Positions 28,261 to 37,635 of a stretch of 64,000 bases of DNA are shown piece by piece. Numbering within the stretch: the first letter of the stretch is position 1; every line of letters begins with the position of its first letter. The position numbers and the translations under genes were made by a program. The stretch comes from an uncultured Acidimicrobiia bacterium (GTDB lineage: Bacteria; Actinomycetota; Acidimicrobiia; UBA2766): assembly GCA_964370965.1 (NCBI GenBank), contig CAYJLW010000010.1:4227-68226 (forward strand), given 5' to 3'. The notes under the pieces were generated by a model. The model did not search any database and was not told the origin of the DNA. It saw only the letters and a list, made by a program, of their open reading frames with translations.

Positions 28261-29448
28261 TCAGGCAGACGCAGCATCGGCAGCTCCGAAACACACAACG
28301 AGACGGCCGTCCTGGAGTGACGCGCTCGTGATGTCGCGCCGCGTGAGGCTCTGGGGGAGCAACATCGTCCGTTTGTGGGGACCGACAGTCACGAAGAGCT
28401 GGTCGTCGCGCCTGGTGACGTCGACCTCGTCGCGGGATGCGAACGGCAGCCAGATCGACACGACGTAGTCCCCCCCCTCGAGAGAGACGCGCAGCGGCTC
28501 CAGGCTGCGGTCGAGGACAGCGAGAGGGTCGATGCCCTCGTAGAGCTCGACGGCGAAACGCCGCAGCCTCTCGACCCCCACGACCTCGGAGTCGAAGAGC
28601 CGGCTGCGCAGCGCCGGGAGGGGTGAGAACGCCTGCTCGATGTCCTCCAGGTGAGCGGCCTGCGTCTCCTTCCACGCCGTGAAGTACGGATCGACGACCT
28701 CCTCCGGCAGGATGCGATTCGTCACCGTGGCGTCGACCCGGTATCCGAAGAGCGCCAGATACGTGTAGAGGCGTCGCGCCTCGGCGATCACCATGCGTTC
28801 TGGTGTGAGCACGAGCCGCATGGACGTGGTCTCGGGATCCGACAGGAGGGCGCGCACACCTTCGAGACGGGCGTACATCTCGTCGACGGCCTCGAAGACG
28901 TCGTCGTCCGCCATTGGAGGCAGGCTCGGAACCCTGTTCCACACCGGGCGGGCCGCACGGGCGATGCGACGGCCCACGGGGAAGAGCCGTTCCATGGCCC
29001 AGGACAGGATGTCGGGCAGGCTGAGGAGGCGGATCGTCTCCGCCGTGGGAGCGCAGTCGACGACGATGAGGTCGAAGTTGCCGGTGTCTGCGTAGTCCTT
29101 GATGTCGGTGAGGGCGAAGAGCTCGTCCATGCCCGGAAGCACGGAGAGCTCTTCTGCGGCGAGACCGTGCATCCCCGACCAGTCCAGCAGGGTCACGAGA
29201 TGGCGCTGGATGTCCCCCCAGGTCTCCTCGAGTCGCTCCTGGGCATCGACCTGCACCGCCCAGAGGTCCCCGGAGATGAGCTCGGGAGCCCCGCCGATGC
29301 GGACGTCGAAGGCGTCGCCCAGGCTGTGGGCGGGGTCGGTGGAGAGCACGAGCACAGAAAGCCCGGAATCGGCCGCCGCCAGGGCGGTCGCCGCCGCCGT
29401 GGTCGTCTTCCCCACACCGCCCTTGCCGCTGAACAGGAGAATGCGCAC
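28261..29448 (-). CDS. ArsA/Get3-family anion-transporting ATPase homologue
   Basis: RILLFSGKGGVGKTTTAAATAL...VLVLSTDPAHSLGDAF. GTG start with GGAGGAAAGG RBS. Confidence 0.8.
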   Translation of the reverse strand: MRILLFSGKGGVGKTTTAAATALAAADSGLSVLVLSTDPAHSLGDAFDVRIGGAPELISGDLWAVQVDAQERLEETWGDIQRHLVTLLDWSGMHGLAAEELSVLPGMDELFALTDIKDYADTGNFDLIVVDCAPTAETIRLLSLPDILSWAMERLFPVGRRIARAARPVWNRVPSLPPMADDDVFEAVDEMYARLEGVRALLSDPETTSMRLVLTPERMVIAEARRLYTYLALFGYRVDATVTNRILPEEVVDPYFTAWKETQAAHLEDIEQAFSPLPALRSRLFDSEVVGVERLRRFAVELYEGIDPLAVLDRSLEPLRVSLEGGDYVVSIWLPFASRDEVDVTRRDDQLFVTVGPHKRTMLLPQSLTRRDITSASLQDGRLVVCFGAADAASA

Positions 29449-29523
29449 TGGCGCCCTTTCCTCCGCCGGCGCGCCAGCATAGTGAAGGGGGCGTCCGGAG
29501 CCCGCTCTCTGCGGGTGGCCTGC

Positions 29524-30033
29524 CTACGGCCTGCGGTCTGCCTCTCCCGCGTCGTCGGCGGCGTCCCCTCGCATCGGCCAGGCGCAGTAGCGGGCGCTGT
29601 GGACACCCGCGAGGCCTGGGGCGAAGACGGGCACGAGGACTCCGAAAGCCATGGCGGGCACGCCCACGACGAGCGGTTCGGGATCCCTGTTCGCCAGCGC
29701 CGCACCGAGACCCACGACGCAGGCCAACCCGAAACACCACTGGAACACCGCGCGGTCACGGCGTCCGGCGAAGCCGCCGAGGAAGAGCCCCGTGGCCCGC
29801 ACACCCACGCCGCTGCGCAACGCGCGGGCGCCCGAGAGCACGATGGCCGCCACGAACGCCGCCCCGCCGGCGAGAAAGAGGGCTGCGTCCACGCTCACGA
29901 GCACGGGTCGGATGCTCTTGGCGGCCAAGGCCGCGAGGGAGAGCACGACGAAGACGGACGTCCCGGCAGCACAGAGCCAGACGAGCCAGGCCCCACCCTG
30001 GGCCGGGGACGGGAGTCGCTCCCCTTCAACCAC
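29524..30033 (-). CDS. polytopic membrane protein, hypothetical
   Basis: Four or five hydrophobic helices. Probable GTG start that overlaps the upstream gene stop by 8 nt. Confidence 0.35.
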   Translation of the reverse strand: MVEGERLPSPAQGGAWLVWLCAAGTSVFVVLSLAALAAKSIRPVLVSVDAALFLAGGAAFVAAIVLSGARALRSGVGVRATGLFLGGFAGRRDRAVFQWCFGLACVVGLGAALANRDPEPLVVGVPAMAFGVLVPVFAPGLAGVHSARYCAWPMRGDAADDAGEADRRP

Positions 30034-30832
30034 GAGGAGCGGCGAGGCCGACCAGGAGAGCCATGAGAGCGGAGGCCACGAGCACGACGACGACGCTGCA
30101 CGCCACCCAGAACAGCGCACGCTCCTTCAGGAGCGCGGCATCCGGCCGGCCGGGGGCCACGCGGGAGGCATCGATACCCGACAACACCCAGACGGCGCAG
30201 CCCACCGCGGCCAAGAGGTAGCGCATGAGCCCGACCGCACCGCTGCCCGGGAAACCGGCCGCCGCCACGAGGCTGAGGACGACGAGAACGGCCCGACCCG
30301 CTGCCTGCGCACGCTGGTGCAGATACCACTGCCCACCCCCGGGCACAACGGACGCCAGGAGAGCCACACGGGGGTTGCCCGCCCGAACGGTGGGACGGGT
30401 GCGGATCTCCGAGAACAGCGAAGCGCCGCACGCCCGGCATGTCGTGTCTGCGATCGCCTGCGCGGACCCGCACACCCGACACACCCAGCCCGGGCGGCCG
30501 TCGACCCGGCAGGTCTCGTGCTCGCCGATGCGCCGGCCGGTGCGTTCCACGGCGACGTCGGCCTGCACGACCGGGGGCCCCGGCTCCACGCGTCCGGCCG
30601 CCGGGAGGGAGTCCGTCTGCACTTGCAGGCCCACGCCGCCCGGGCCGGGCACGACGCTGATGCGGGAGAGGGCGTCCCAGGCGTCCTGGGCCGCAGCGGA
30701 CGAGGGCGCCCCCGCCCGCATCGGCAGGGGGCCAGGATCGGCCCGCGACTCCGGGGCGCGGAAGGGCGCGTGGCAACGCTGGCACCACTGCGCACTCTCG
30801 GAGTTGCGCGCTCCACAGGACAGGCAGATCAC
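30026..30832 (-). CDS. membrane protein with two N-terminal zinc ribbons
   Basis: CLSCGARNSESAQWCQRCH and CRVCGSAQAIADTTCRACG, followed by TM helices. GTGA overlap with the upstream SRPBCC-like gene. Confidence 0.5.
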   Translation of the reverse strand: MICLSCGARNSESAQWCQRCHAPFRAPESRADPGPLPMRAGAPSSAAAQDAWDALSRISVVPGPGGVGLQVQTDSLPAAGRVEPGPPVVQADVAVERTGRRIGEHETCRVDGRPGWVCRVCGSAQAIADTTCRACGASLFSEIRTRPTVRAGNPRVALLASVVPGGGQWYLHQRAQAAGRAVLVVLSLVAAAGFPGSGAVGLMRYLLAAVGCAVWVLSGIDASRVAPGRPDAALLKERALFWVACSVVVVLVASALMALLVGLAAPRG

Positions 30833-31326
30833 CGCGGGGCCTCCATCTCTCTCTTCAGGCCGGAGAGGCCCCGCCAGCCGAGTTGGCGCAGCCACGCCAG
30901 CAGACGCCGCTGGTCCCGTGGGGGCTCGGCGCGCACCCTCCAGAACAGCGACACGAGAGACCACTCACGCCAAGCCCTCACGTACCACTCGACCTCGGCC
31001 TCGAGCGGGCGTCGGGACAGCGCCAGGCCGACGCAGGGATCCCTGTGGCCCCGCCAGTCCATCCACAGACCGGCCCCGGTCTCGCGCCGGCGGAGGTCGG
31101 AGCACACGGCCTCGACGTCCAGGCCCGCCGCCCCGCACAGGGCCCGCACCCGCCAACTGTCCCCGACGCCGAGTCCGCCCGTGGTGACCTTGTGGTCGAG
31201 GGTCCGCACACCGCGCCACCACGCCACCCAGGCGACGGGATCGGCGAGGGCGTCCACAACCTCCCCTGGAGCGGCCCGCACGAAGGCGGTGTCCGCCGAG
31301 TGGAGCGGCTCACCCATGTCGATCAC
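30829..31326 (-). CDS. hypothetical protein, possibly SRPBCC-like
   Basis: ORF coupled to fadD (ATGA overlap). Family assignment is tentative. Confidence 0.4.
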   Translation of the reverse strand: MIDMGEPLHSADTAFVRAAPGEVVDALADPVAWVAWWRGVRTLDHKVTTGGLGVGDSWRVRALCGAAGLDVEAVCSDLRRRETGAGLWMDWRGHRDPCVGLALSRRPLEAEVEWYVRAWREWSLVSLFWRVRAEPPRDQRRLLAWLRQLGWRGLSGLKREMEAPR

Positions 31327-33095
31327 GTGTACATGGCCTCTATCTCGTCCCCGTAGTTGTCCGCGATCTGCCGCCGACGCACTTTCAGGGTGGGCGTCAC
31401 CTCTCCTGCGTCCTGGGAGAAATCGTGGGGAAGGATCGTGAACTCCTTGATGGATTCGACATGTGAGAGCGTGGAGTTGACACGGTCGACGGCTTTCTGG
31501 ACGAGGGCGCGCACCTCAGGTGTCTGGCTGAGGGCGGCGAGGTCGTCCGGCAGGTCCTTGTCCTTGGCCCACGGTCCCACGACGTCTTCGTCGAGAGTGA
31601 TGAGCGCCGAGACGAACTTGCGGGCGTCGCCGATGACGACGGACTGGCTGATGTACTTGTCGGCCTTCAGCTTCGACTCGATCTCCGAGGGCGAGATGTT
31701 CTTGCCCCCGGCCGTGATGATGAGGTCCTTCTTGCGATCCGTGATGCGCAAGTAGCCGTCCTCGTCGAACTCGCCCACGTCGCCGGAGTGGAGCCAGCCG
31801 TCCACGACGGTCTCGGCCGTGGCCTCGGGGTTCTTGAAGTAGCCCGCGAACACGTTGCCCCCGCGCACGAGGATCTCGCCGTCCTCGGCGATCTTCACGT
31901 CACAGCCCGGGATCGGCGGACCCACCGTGCCGATCTTGATCTTCTCCGGCGGGTTCAGCGACGTGGGGCCCGTGTCCTCGGTCTGGCCGTACACCTCGGC
32001 GACGGGGAGACCGATCGCGTGGAAGAACACCAAGGTCTCTCTGGTGATCGGCGCAGCGCCGCTCACCAGGGCCGTCACCTCGTCAAGGCCGAGCTGATGA
32101 CGCACCTTCGAGAGCACGACCCGGTCGAGGACGGGGTGGAGGAGGCCGTCGAGGAAGCCGGGCCGGGCACCCGTCTGCCTGGCCTCGACGACACGGTGGC
32201 CCATCTCGACGGCGGCGTTCACGAGCTTCCCCTGCAGGCCGGTCATCTCGGCGAAGCGCCCCTCGAGGGCCACCTGGAACTTCTCGTAGAGCCGGGGGAC
32301 GGCGAAGAAGACCGTCGGCCGGCAGGCGCCGAGGTCGTCCCTCAGGGTCGGGACGCTGGAGAACCAGGTCTCGCCTCCCCGCGAGATCATCATGTAGTGG
32401 CTCACCATGCGCTCCGCGATGTGGGCCAGCGGGAGGAACGAGAGGGTGCGCATCGTGGGCGGCCGCAGGACCTGGGAGAGCGACCCGCAGGTCCACACGA
32501 TGTTGTCATGGGTGAGCATGGCGCCCTTCGGCGGTCCGGTGGTCCCTGACGTGTAGATCAGACAGGCGAGGTCCTCCGGGGTGATCGCGTCGCAGGCGGA
32601 GTCGTACACGGCCGTGTCACTGGCGTCGAGCTCAGCGCCCCGGGAGACGAGTTCCTCGTAGGTGGCGTCGCCCCCGCCGTCTTCGATCGTGATCACCTTC
32701 TCCAGCTTCGGGAGCTTGTCGCGGACTTCGTCGACCTTGGCCCGCTGCTCGCCGTTCTCGACGAAGACGACCTTGGCGTCGGAATGGTCCAAGACGTACT
32801 CCACCTGCGGCGGGGAGTTCGTGTGGTACACGGGAACGGCAGTGGCGCCGGTGACGAGGGTGGCGAGATCGATGACGTGGTACTCGGCCCGGTTGTAGGA
32901 GAGCACGGCGACGCCGTCTCCCTTGCCCACGCCCAGGTCCATGAGCGCGCGGGCGAGAGCCCGCACGTTGCGCCCGTAGTCGGTCCAGCTCGTCGCCTGC
33001 CACACACCCGTGTCGTCCTGTGTGCACAGCGCCGCACGGTCGCGCAACTCGTGCACGCGGGCGTTGAACAGCCCGATGATCGTGTTCTCACTCAC
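31323..33095 (-). CDS. fadD: long-chain fatty-acid--CoA ligase (AMP-dependent synthetase)
   Basis: IYTSGTTGPPKGAML, GYGQTE, ITDRKKDLIITAGGKNISP. Confidence 0.85.
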   Translation of the reverse strand: MSENTIIGLFNARVHELRDRAALCTQDDTGVWQATSWTDYGRNVRALARALMDLGVGKGDGVAVLSYNRAEYHVIDLATLVTGATAVPVYHTNSPPQVEYVLDHSDAKVVFVENGEQRAKVDEVRDKLPKLEKVITIEDGGGDATYEELVSRGAELDASDTAVYDSACDAITPEDLACLIYTSGTTGPPKGAMLTHDNIVWTCGSLSQVLRPPTMRTLSFLPLAHIAERMVSHYMMISRGGETWFSSVPTLRDDLGACRPTVFFAVPRLYEKFQVALEGRFAEMTGLQGKLVNAAVEMGHRVVEARQTGARPGFLDGLLHPVLDRVVLSKVRHQLGLDEVTALVSGAAPITRETLVFFHAIGLPVAEVYGQTEDTGPTSLNPPEKIKIGTVGPPIPGCDVKIAEDGEILVRGGNVFAGYFKNPEATAETVVDGWLHSGDVGEFDEDGYLRITDRKKDLIITAGGKNISPSEIESKLKADKYISQSVVIGDARKFVSALITLDEDVVGPWAKDKDLPDDLAALSQTPEVRALVQKAVDRVNSTLSHVESIKEFTILPHDFSQDAGEVTPTLKVRRRQIADNYGDEIEAMYT

Positions 33096-33180
33096 CGATT
33101 ACTCCTCTGTCCCTCGAACTCACCCCTGACCGCCCGGTCGACGGCAACCGCGTCTCAGGGGAGCACGGCCAAATGTAGCC

Positions 33181-34188
33181 ATGGCCATGGGCACATGCAT
33201 CCTCCGGCGGATGCGCCACTATGCTGCCCGCGCCGTGACCCGCGCCGCCCACCTCGCCGCCCCGCCGCCACTCGTCGTCGTGAGCGGTCTGCCCCGCAGC
33301 GGCACGAGCTGGGTGGCCAAGGTGCTCGCCTTCACACCCGGCTACACGTACTACCGCGAACCGGACAACTCCGACCACGTCGCGGGCGCCCGGCGGGAGT
33401 TCCGCTGGCTCTACCTCCCCAGTGGACGCCACGACCCTGCATGGGACACCCACATGCGCCGTGCCTTGCGCGGCCGAGTGGCGACCCCGTTCACCATGCA
33501 GGAGGACCCCGGCCCCCTCATGGCGCGCCTCCCTCTCCGTGTGGCGGGAAAGCTGGGGGCGACGGCCCCGTTCCTCTACCTGCCCAAGCGCCGCACGCTC
33601 GTGAAGCTCGTGCATGCCAACCTCGCTCTCGAGTGGATCGCAGACGAGTTCCCCGCCGCCCGCCAGGTCCACGTGATGAGACATCCCTGTGGCACCTTCG
33701 CGAGCTGGGCGCGACTCGGCTGGGAGCCCGAACCCCGGCGCCTGCTGGGCGACGACCGCCTCGTGGGAGACCATCTGGCGCCATTCGTGGACGTGATCGA
33801 GGGCGCCGGGACCTTCTGGCAACGGGCAGGGGCCCTCTGGGGCGCCATCTACACGGTCGTCCATGCCCAACTCCCCCGCCACCAGGACTGGTGTTTCGTC
33901 CAGCACGAGTGGCTCTGCGCGGACCCCGTGACCAGATGTCGGCGCCTCTTCGACGCGCTCGGCCTCCGGTGGACGAAGGAGACCGCGTCGTTCCTGCGGG
34001 AATCCGACCGTCCCGGCGACGACGCCGCCTACTCCCTGCGGCGCTCCGCCGCCGCCGAGATCGACAAGTGGAAGAGCACCGTCGACCCGTCCGACGTCGC
34101 CGCCTGCCGCGAGGTCGTGGAGGCGTTCGACCTCCCGTACTACCGCGACTTCGAACCCGTTCCGGGAACCCCCGCCTGGGCCACCTGA
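33181..34188 (+). CDS. sulfotransferase-family protein
   Basis: PAPS-binding 5'PSB-like motif VVSGLPRSGTSW near the N-terminus. Confidence 0.6.
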   Translation: MAMGTCILRRMRHYAARAVTRAAHLAAPPPLVVVSGLPRSGTSWVAKVLAFTPGYTYYREPDNSDHVAGARREFRWLYLPSGRHDPAWDTHMRRALRGRVATPFTMQEDPGPLMARLPLRVAGKLGATAPFLYLPKRRTLVKLVHANLALEWIADEFPAARQVHVMRHPCGTFASWARLGWEPEPRRLLGDDRLVGDHLAPFVDVIEGAGTFWQRAGALWGAIYTVVHAQLPRHQDWCFVQHEWLCADPVTRCRRLFDALGLRWTKETASFLRESDRPGDDAAYSLRRSAAAEIDKWKSTVDPSDVAACREVVEAFDLPYYRDFEPVPGTPAWAT

Positions 34189-34195
34189 ACGCGCC

Positions 34196-35338
34196 TCACA
34201 CGACCGCGCCGAAGCGCACGTCCATCCACTCGCGGAAGCGGCGCGACTGGTGATCCCATGTGAGCTCGGCGACGGCCCGGTCCCGACCGGCGCGCCCGGC
34301 CGCCTCCGCGGCCCGGGGGTCGGCGAGATACCCCCGCAGGGCCTCCACCACCCCCTTGACGTCCGTGGCATCGACGACACGTCCCGTCTCGCCGTCCACG
34401 ACGGCGTCGGTAGCGCCCCCGGACCGGCCCGCCACAACCGGGATCCCGCACGCCCCTGCCTCCACGAAGACGATCCCGAACCCCTCCGCCTCGATGCCTC
34501 CCCAGCGATCGTGGCACAGCATGGCGAAGACGTTCCCCGCCTGGTACAGCGTCACGAGATCCTCGTCGGGCACCCGACCCAGGAGGCGGACCGCGCCGCC
34601 GAGGTCCCTGTCCGCGACCAGACGCTCGAGACGACCCGCCTCGCGACCGGTACCCCCGATGACGACCTGCAGATCGGGAACGTCGTGGCGAAGCTCTGCG
34701 GTCGCCTCGACGAGCAGGTGCATGCCCTTGCGCGGAACGAGGCGGGACACGGACACTACCGTCGGTCGATTCGCCGCGAGGCCGAGGCGCTCCCGGGCCG
34801 CCACCCGGTCGCCCGGCGCGAAACGATCCGTGTCCACACCCGGCCACACCTCCAGCAGCGGCGGTGTCAGGCTCCCGGCCACTCGCCGCGCCCAACCGGC
34901 CACCCAGGGGCCCATGGCGACGACGCCACCGGCACCGGCGAGGACCCGCCGGAGGAGCCGTCGGGTCCCCGGGAGACGCCCGGGCACGCTCACGTCCGCT
35001 CCGTAGACCACCGTCACGTAGGGGACGCCGTGGCGCCGCGGCACGGACCCCAGCAGGGAGAGCGGGAGCGCGGAACCGAACACGACCACGTCGGGACGCA
35101 CCTCGCGCACAAGAGCATCGAGACCGACCGCGAGCGCCGGCGTGGGCAGCATCGTGGCGGACGCAGTGCGCTCCACGCGGTACGGGAGGGCGGCATCGTG
35201 ACCGGCGGCGTCGGCGTGCGCGGCGGCCAGGACAACGAGGTTGCAGGGATCCAGAGCCCCGAAGAGATGCGCCTGGACGACCTGGATGCCGCCCACCTTG
35301 GGTGGGAAGTCGTTGGTGACGAGCAGCACACGGGGCAC
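34196..35338 (-). CDS. GT4-family glycosyltransferase (PimA/PimB-like)
   Basis: RVLLVTNDFPPKVGGIQ...EGFGIVFVEAGACGIPVVAGRSGG. Confidence 0.8.
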   Translation of the reverse strand: MPRVLLVTNDFPPKVGGIQVVQAHLFGALDPCNLVVLAAAHADAAGHDAALPYRVERTASATMLPTPALAVGLDALVREVRPDVVVFGSALPLSLLGSVPRRHGVPYVTVVYGADVSVPGRLPGTRRLLRRVLAGAGGVVAMGPWVAGWARRVAGSLTPPLLEVWPGVDTDRFAPGDRVAARERLGLAANRPTVVSVSRLVPRKGMHLLVEATAELRHDVPDLQVVIGGTGREAGRLERLVADRDLGGAVRLLGRVPDEDLVTLYQAGNVFAMLCHDRWGGIEAEGFGIVFVEAGACGIPVVAGRSGGATDAVVDGETGRVVDATDVKGVVEALRGYLADPRAAEAAGRAGRDRAVAELTWDHQSRRFREWMDVRFGAVV

Positions 35339-35544
35339 GCCGAGACGCTAGCGCGCCGCCCCCGTCACGGCGGGCGCCCCGGCCCTGGGGTCCTTGTGAC
35401 CCACGACACCGTCCCGGCGCCTTCCTGGGATAGCTTTGGCCCGATGTCTCCGCCGCGTGGCCGTCCACAGACCTCGACGACGGTCGTCGCCGCGGTCTTC
35501 GCCGGCCTCCTCGTCATGTACGCGTCCGTCCACCCGGAGACGCC

Positions 35545-36201
35545 TCAGCTCCCGCTCCCGGAGCCGCTGCGGGCCCGCCCCCGATTGCGGGCCCCGCCGC
35601 CGCCTCCTCCGCCTCCGCTCCCGCCACTGCGACGGCGCCGGCTGCGGGAACGACGGGGCTTGGGCGGCTTCCACCAGCCCAGAGCCTCGGCCAGCTTGTT
35701 CTCGGGCACGAGACGGGCGTGCTCGGTGTCCAAGACCCATTCGGCTTCGTGAATCCGACCCCGACTCACGAAACGGAAGCTCACCTGCCAGGCGGTCTCC
35801 CCGAGCTTCGTGACCCACCAGCACTCCTCGAGGATGTCGTCGGGGACACGGACGTTGCGCTTGTGGAGATTCGCGAGCACGGCATCGTGCAGGGTGGCGT
35901 CGGACGGGCCGTCCTCGTCGCGGACCAGCCAGAGGCCGTGCGCGGCCTCGAGGGCGGCCGCCGGGGAGTCCACGTCGAGGGGACCCGTGGGCAACTCCCG
36001 CTCCGGCTCCACTTCCTGCTCCGGTTCGGACTCCTGGGTGGACCTGCCGGTGGTGACGCGCCTCCCGCCGCCGCGCCCGAGCAGGGCGACGACACGATCG
36101 TCGATCTCCACTTCGTAGCCGGCGTTCTCGGCATCCGGGTGAGCGGCGAGCAGGAAGCGGGTGCCGTCGTCGGAACGGCCCAAGACGTGGAGACGTATCA
36201 C
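35545..36201 (-). CDS. DUF3071/SepH-like protein with basic Gly/Arg-rich tail
   Basis: N-terminus VIRLHVLGRSDDGTRFLLAAH...EVEIDDRV resembles the SepH N-domain. C-terminal RSRSRRRRSGGSGGGGGGGG tail. Confidence 0.45.
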   Translation of the reverse strand: MIRLHVLGRSDDGTRFLLAAHPDAENAGYEVEIDDRVVALLGRGGGRRVTTGRSTQESEPEQEVEPERELPTGPLDVDSPAAALEAAHGLWLVRDEDGPSDATLHDAVLANLHKRNVRVPDDILEECWWVTKLGETAWQVSFRFVSRGRIHEAEWVLDTEHARLVPENKLAEALGWWKPPKPRRSRSRRRRSGGSGGGGGGGGARNRGRARSGSGSGS

Positions 36202-36306
36202 GGTTCCTCGCGATCGCAATGAGCGCCCCGGTGGGTCACGGAGGCGCACGGAAAGACGTGCCCCGGGATGCTACCCGTCGCAGCCCCGCGAACCGCCCCC
36301 GCCGGG

Positions 36307-36531
36307 TCATCCCGCCACCGCCGGGCGCCGTTCCACGACCTCACCGAGGAGGCCCTTGGCCCGCAGGAGACGCAGGGCCCGCTCCTCGGCGGCGTCGAAG
36401 ACCACAGCGTCGTCGGCATCACGGCCGGCCAGGAAGGTGACCAGGCAATCCCCACAGTGAGCCGACCCGCGGGCAGCGCACCCTGCGCACTCGATCAGCG
36501 TTCCGGACGCCCCGAAGTCCCGATCTGTCAT
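36307..36531 (-). CDS. small zinc-ribbon protein (74 aa), hypothetical
   Basis: ECAGC...CGDC. Perfect GGAGG RBS 5 nt upstream of the ATG. Confidence 0.5.
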   Translation of the reverse strand: MTDRDFGASGTLIECAGCAARGSAHCGDCLVTFLAGRDADDAVVFDAAEERALRLLRAKGLLGEVVERRPAVAG

Positions 36532-36645
36532 GACGCCTCCTCGGTCTCGATGCAGACACCGTATCGGCGACCTACGACAGATTCGGGGCCTCCCACCGGA
36601 ATCCCGACCCGAACTTCCCGGGCCCACTGAGGGCGACCCGCTGTC

Positions 36646-37635
36646 TCAGGTACGCAAGAAGCAGCGAGCCCGCTCCCGACGGGCGGCCGGGTAGCCCGCC
36701 CACTTCGTATCCGGCAGCGCCTCCGGTCCCACCTCCACGAAACCGCACGTCCGGAACAGACCAGCGGCCTCCTCACTGGTCGTGACCGCGAACAGGCCTT
36801 CCAGACCCCGCTCCAGGGCGCGGTCCCAGATCCCCTCGACGAGGCGCCTCCCCACTCCCTCCCCGTGGAAACGGCTCACGGCGAAGAGCGCCTCGACCTC
36901 GGCGAGGCCGCTGGGGGCGTACGGCTCCTCGGCGATGGCGACGACGCCCGCAGGATGGCTCCCGGCCACGAAGAAGCCGATCGCCCGCGGCAAGAGGTCC
37001 TCGATCTCCGCCTCGCTACGGGGTCTCAGGTACCCGAGATCGCACCCGCTGCGGACCAGCGCCGCCATGGCCTGATAGTCGGAGAAGCCCAGCGCCCTCA
37101 CCTCCCCGTAGTCCCCCAGGCTGAGGAGGGTGCCGCTGCCGGCGTACGTGAACAGCTCGTCCTCGATGCCGCCCGGTTCGACCAGGTTGATGCCCTGGAC
37201 ACCCGCGTAGAGCGGCCGCACCACACGGGCGAGCGCGCCGGGGAGGCCGGCGGCGGCCACATCCACGAAGCTCCGCCTGGCGCCGTCGGGCGAACGCAGG
37301 ACCAGCCCGGCACCCACGAGGACGAGCTTGTGCACCCGCCCGGCGCCGGCGATGGCGCTCGCTGTCCCCGCGGGGTCGACGACGGCCCTCACCGCGACTG
37401 CGCCGCGCGCGAGTTCCCGCCAGATCCCGACGACGTCCGCGTCCGCGCCAGGCTCCGGCCCCTCTCCGCGGCTCACGAGGACCACCCGGGCTCCTTGTGC
37501 CGCGAGCGCAGTGGCTACGCCGCGGCACTCCTCGAGGGACCTCGGGTCCAAGGCTGCCAGAACGAGGTACTCCCCCCGGAACAGGTCCAGGTAGAACGAC
37601 CGCTCGTCCAACGGCGGGACGGGTGACGCCCTCAT
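36646..37635 (-). CDS. ArgA-like amino-acid N-acetyltransferase (truncated amino-acid-kinase fold plus GNAT)
   Basis: GIEDELFTYAGSGTLL (AAK C-terminal motif). GNAT region VGRRLVEGIWDRALERGLEGLFAVTT. Confidence 0.5.
   Translation of the reverse strand: MRASPVPPLDERSFYLDLFRGEYLVLAALDPRSLEECRGVATALAAQGARVVLVSRGEGPEPGADADVVGIWRELARGAVAVRAVVDPAGTASAIAGAGRVHKLVLVGAGLVLRSPDGARRSFVDVAAAGLPGALARVVRPLYAGVQGINLVEPGGIEDELFTYAGSGTLLSLGDYGEVRALGFSDYQAMAALVRSGCDLGYLRPRSEAEIEDLLPRAIGFFVAGSHPAGVVAIAEEPYAPSGLAEVEALFAVSRFHGEGVGRRLVEGIWDRALERGLEGLFAVTTSEEAAGLFRTCGFVEVGPEALPDTKWAGYPAARRERARCFLRT

Noticed and set aside
27448-29740. N-terminal 760-aa extension of the 1575-aa ORF containing lon
   Set aside because: Arg/Gly/Pro-rich junk translation running through the ArsA-like gene in another frame. 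Lon homology starts at the ATG at 27448.
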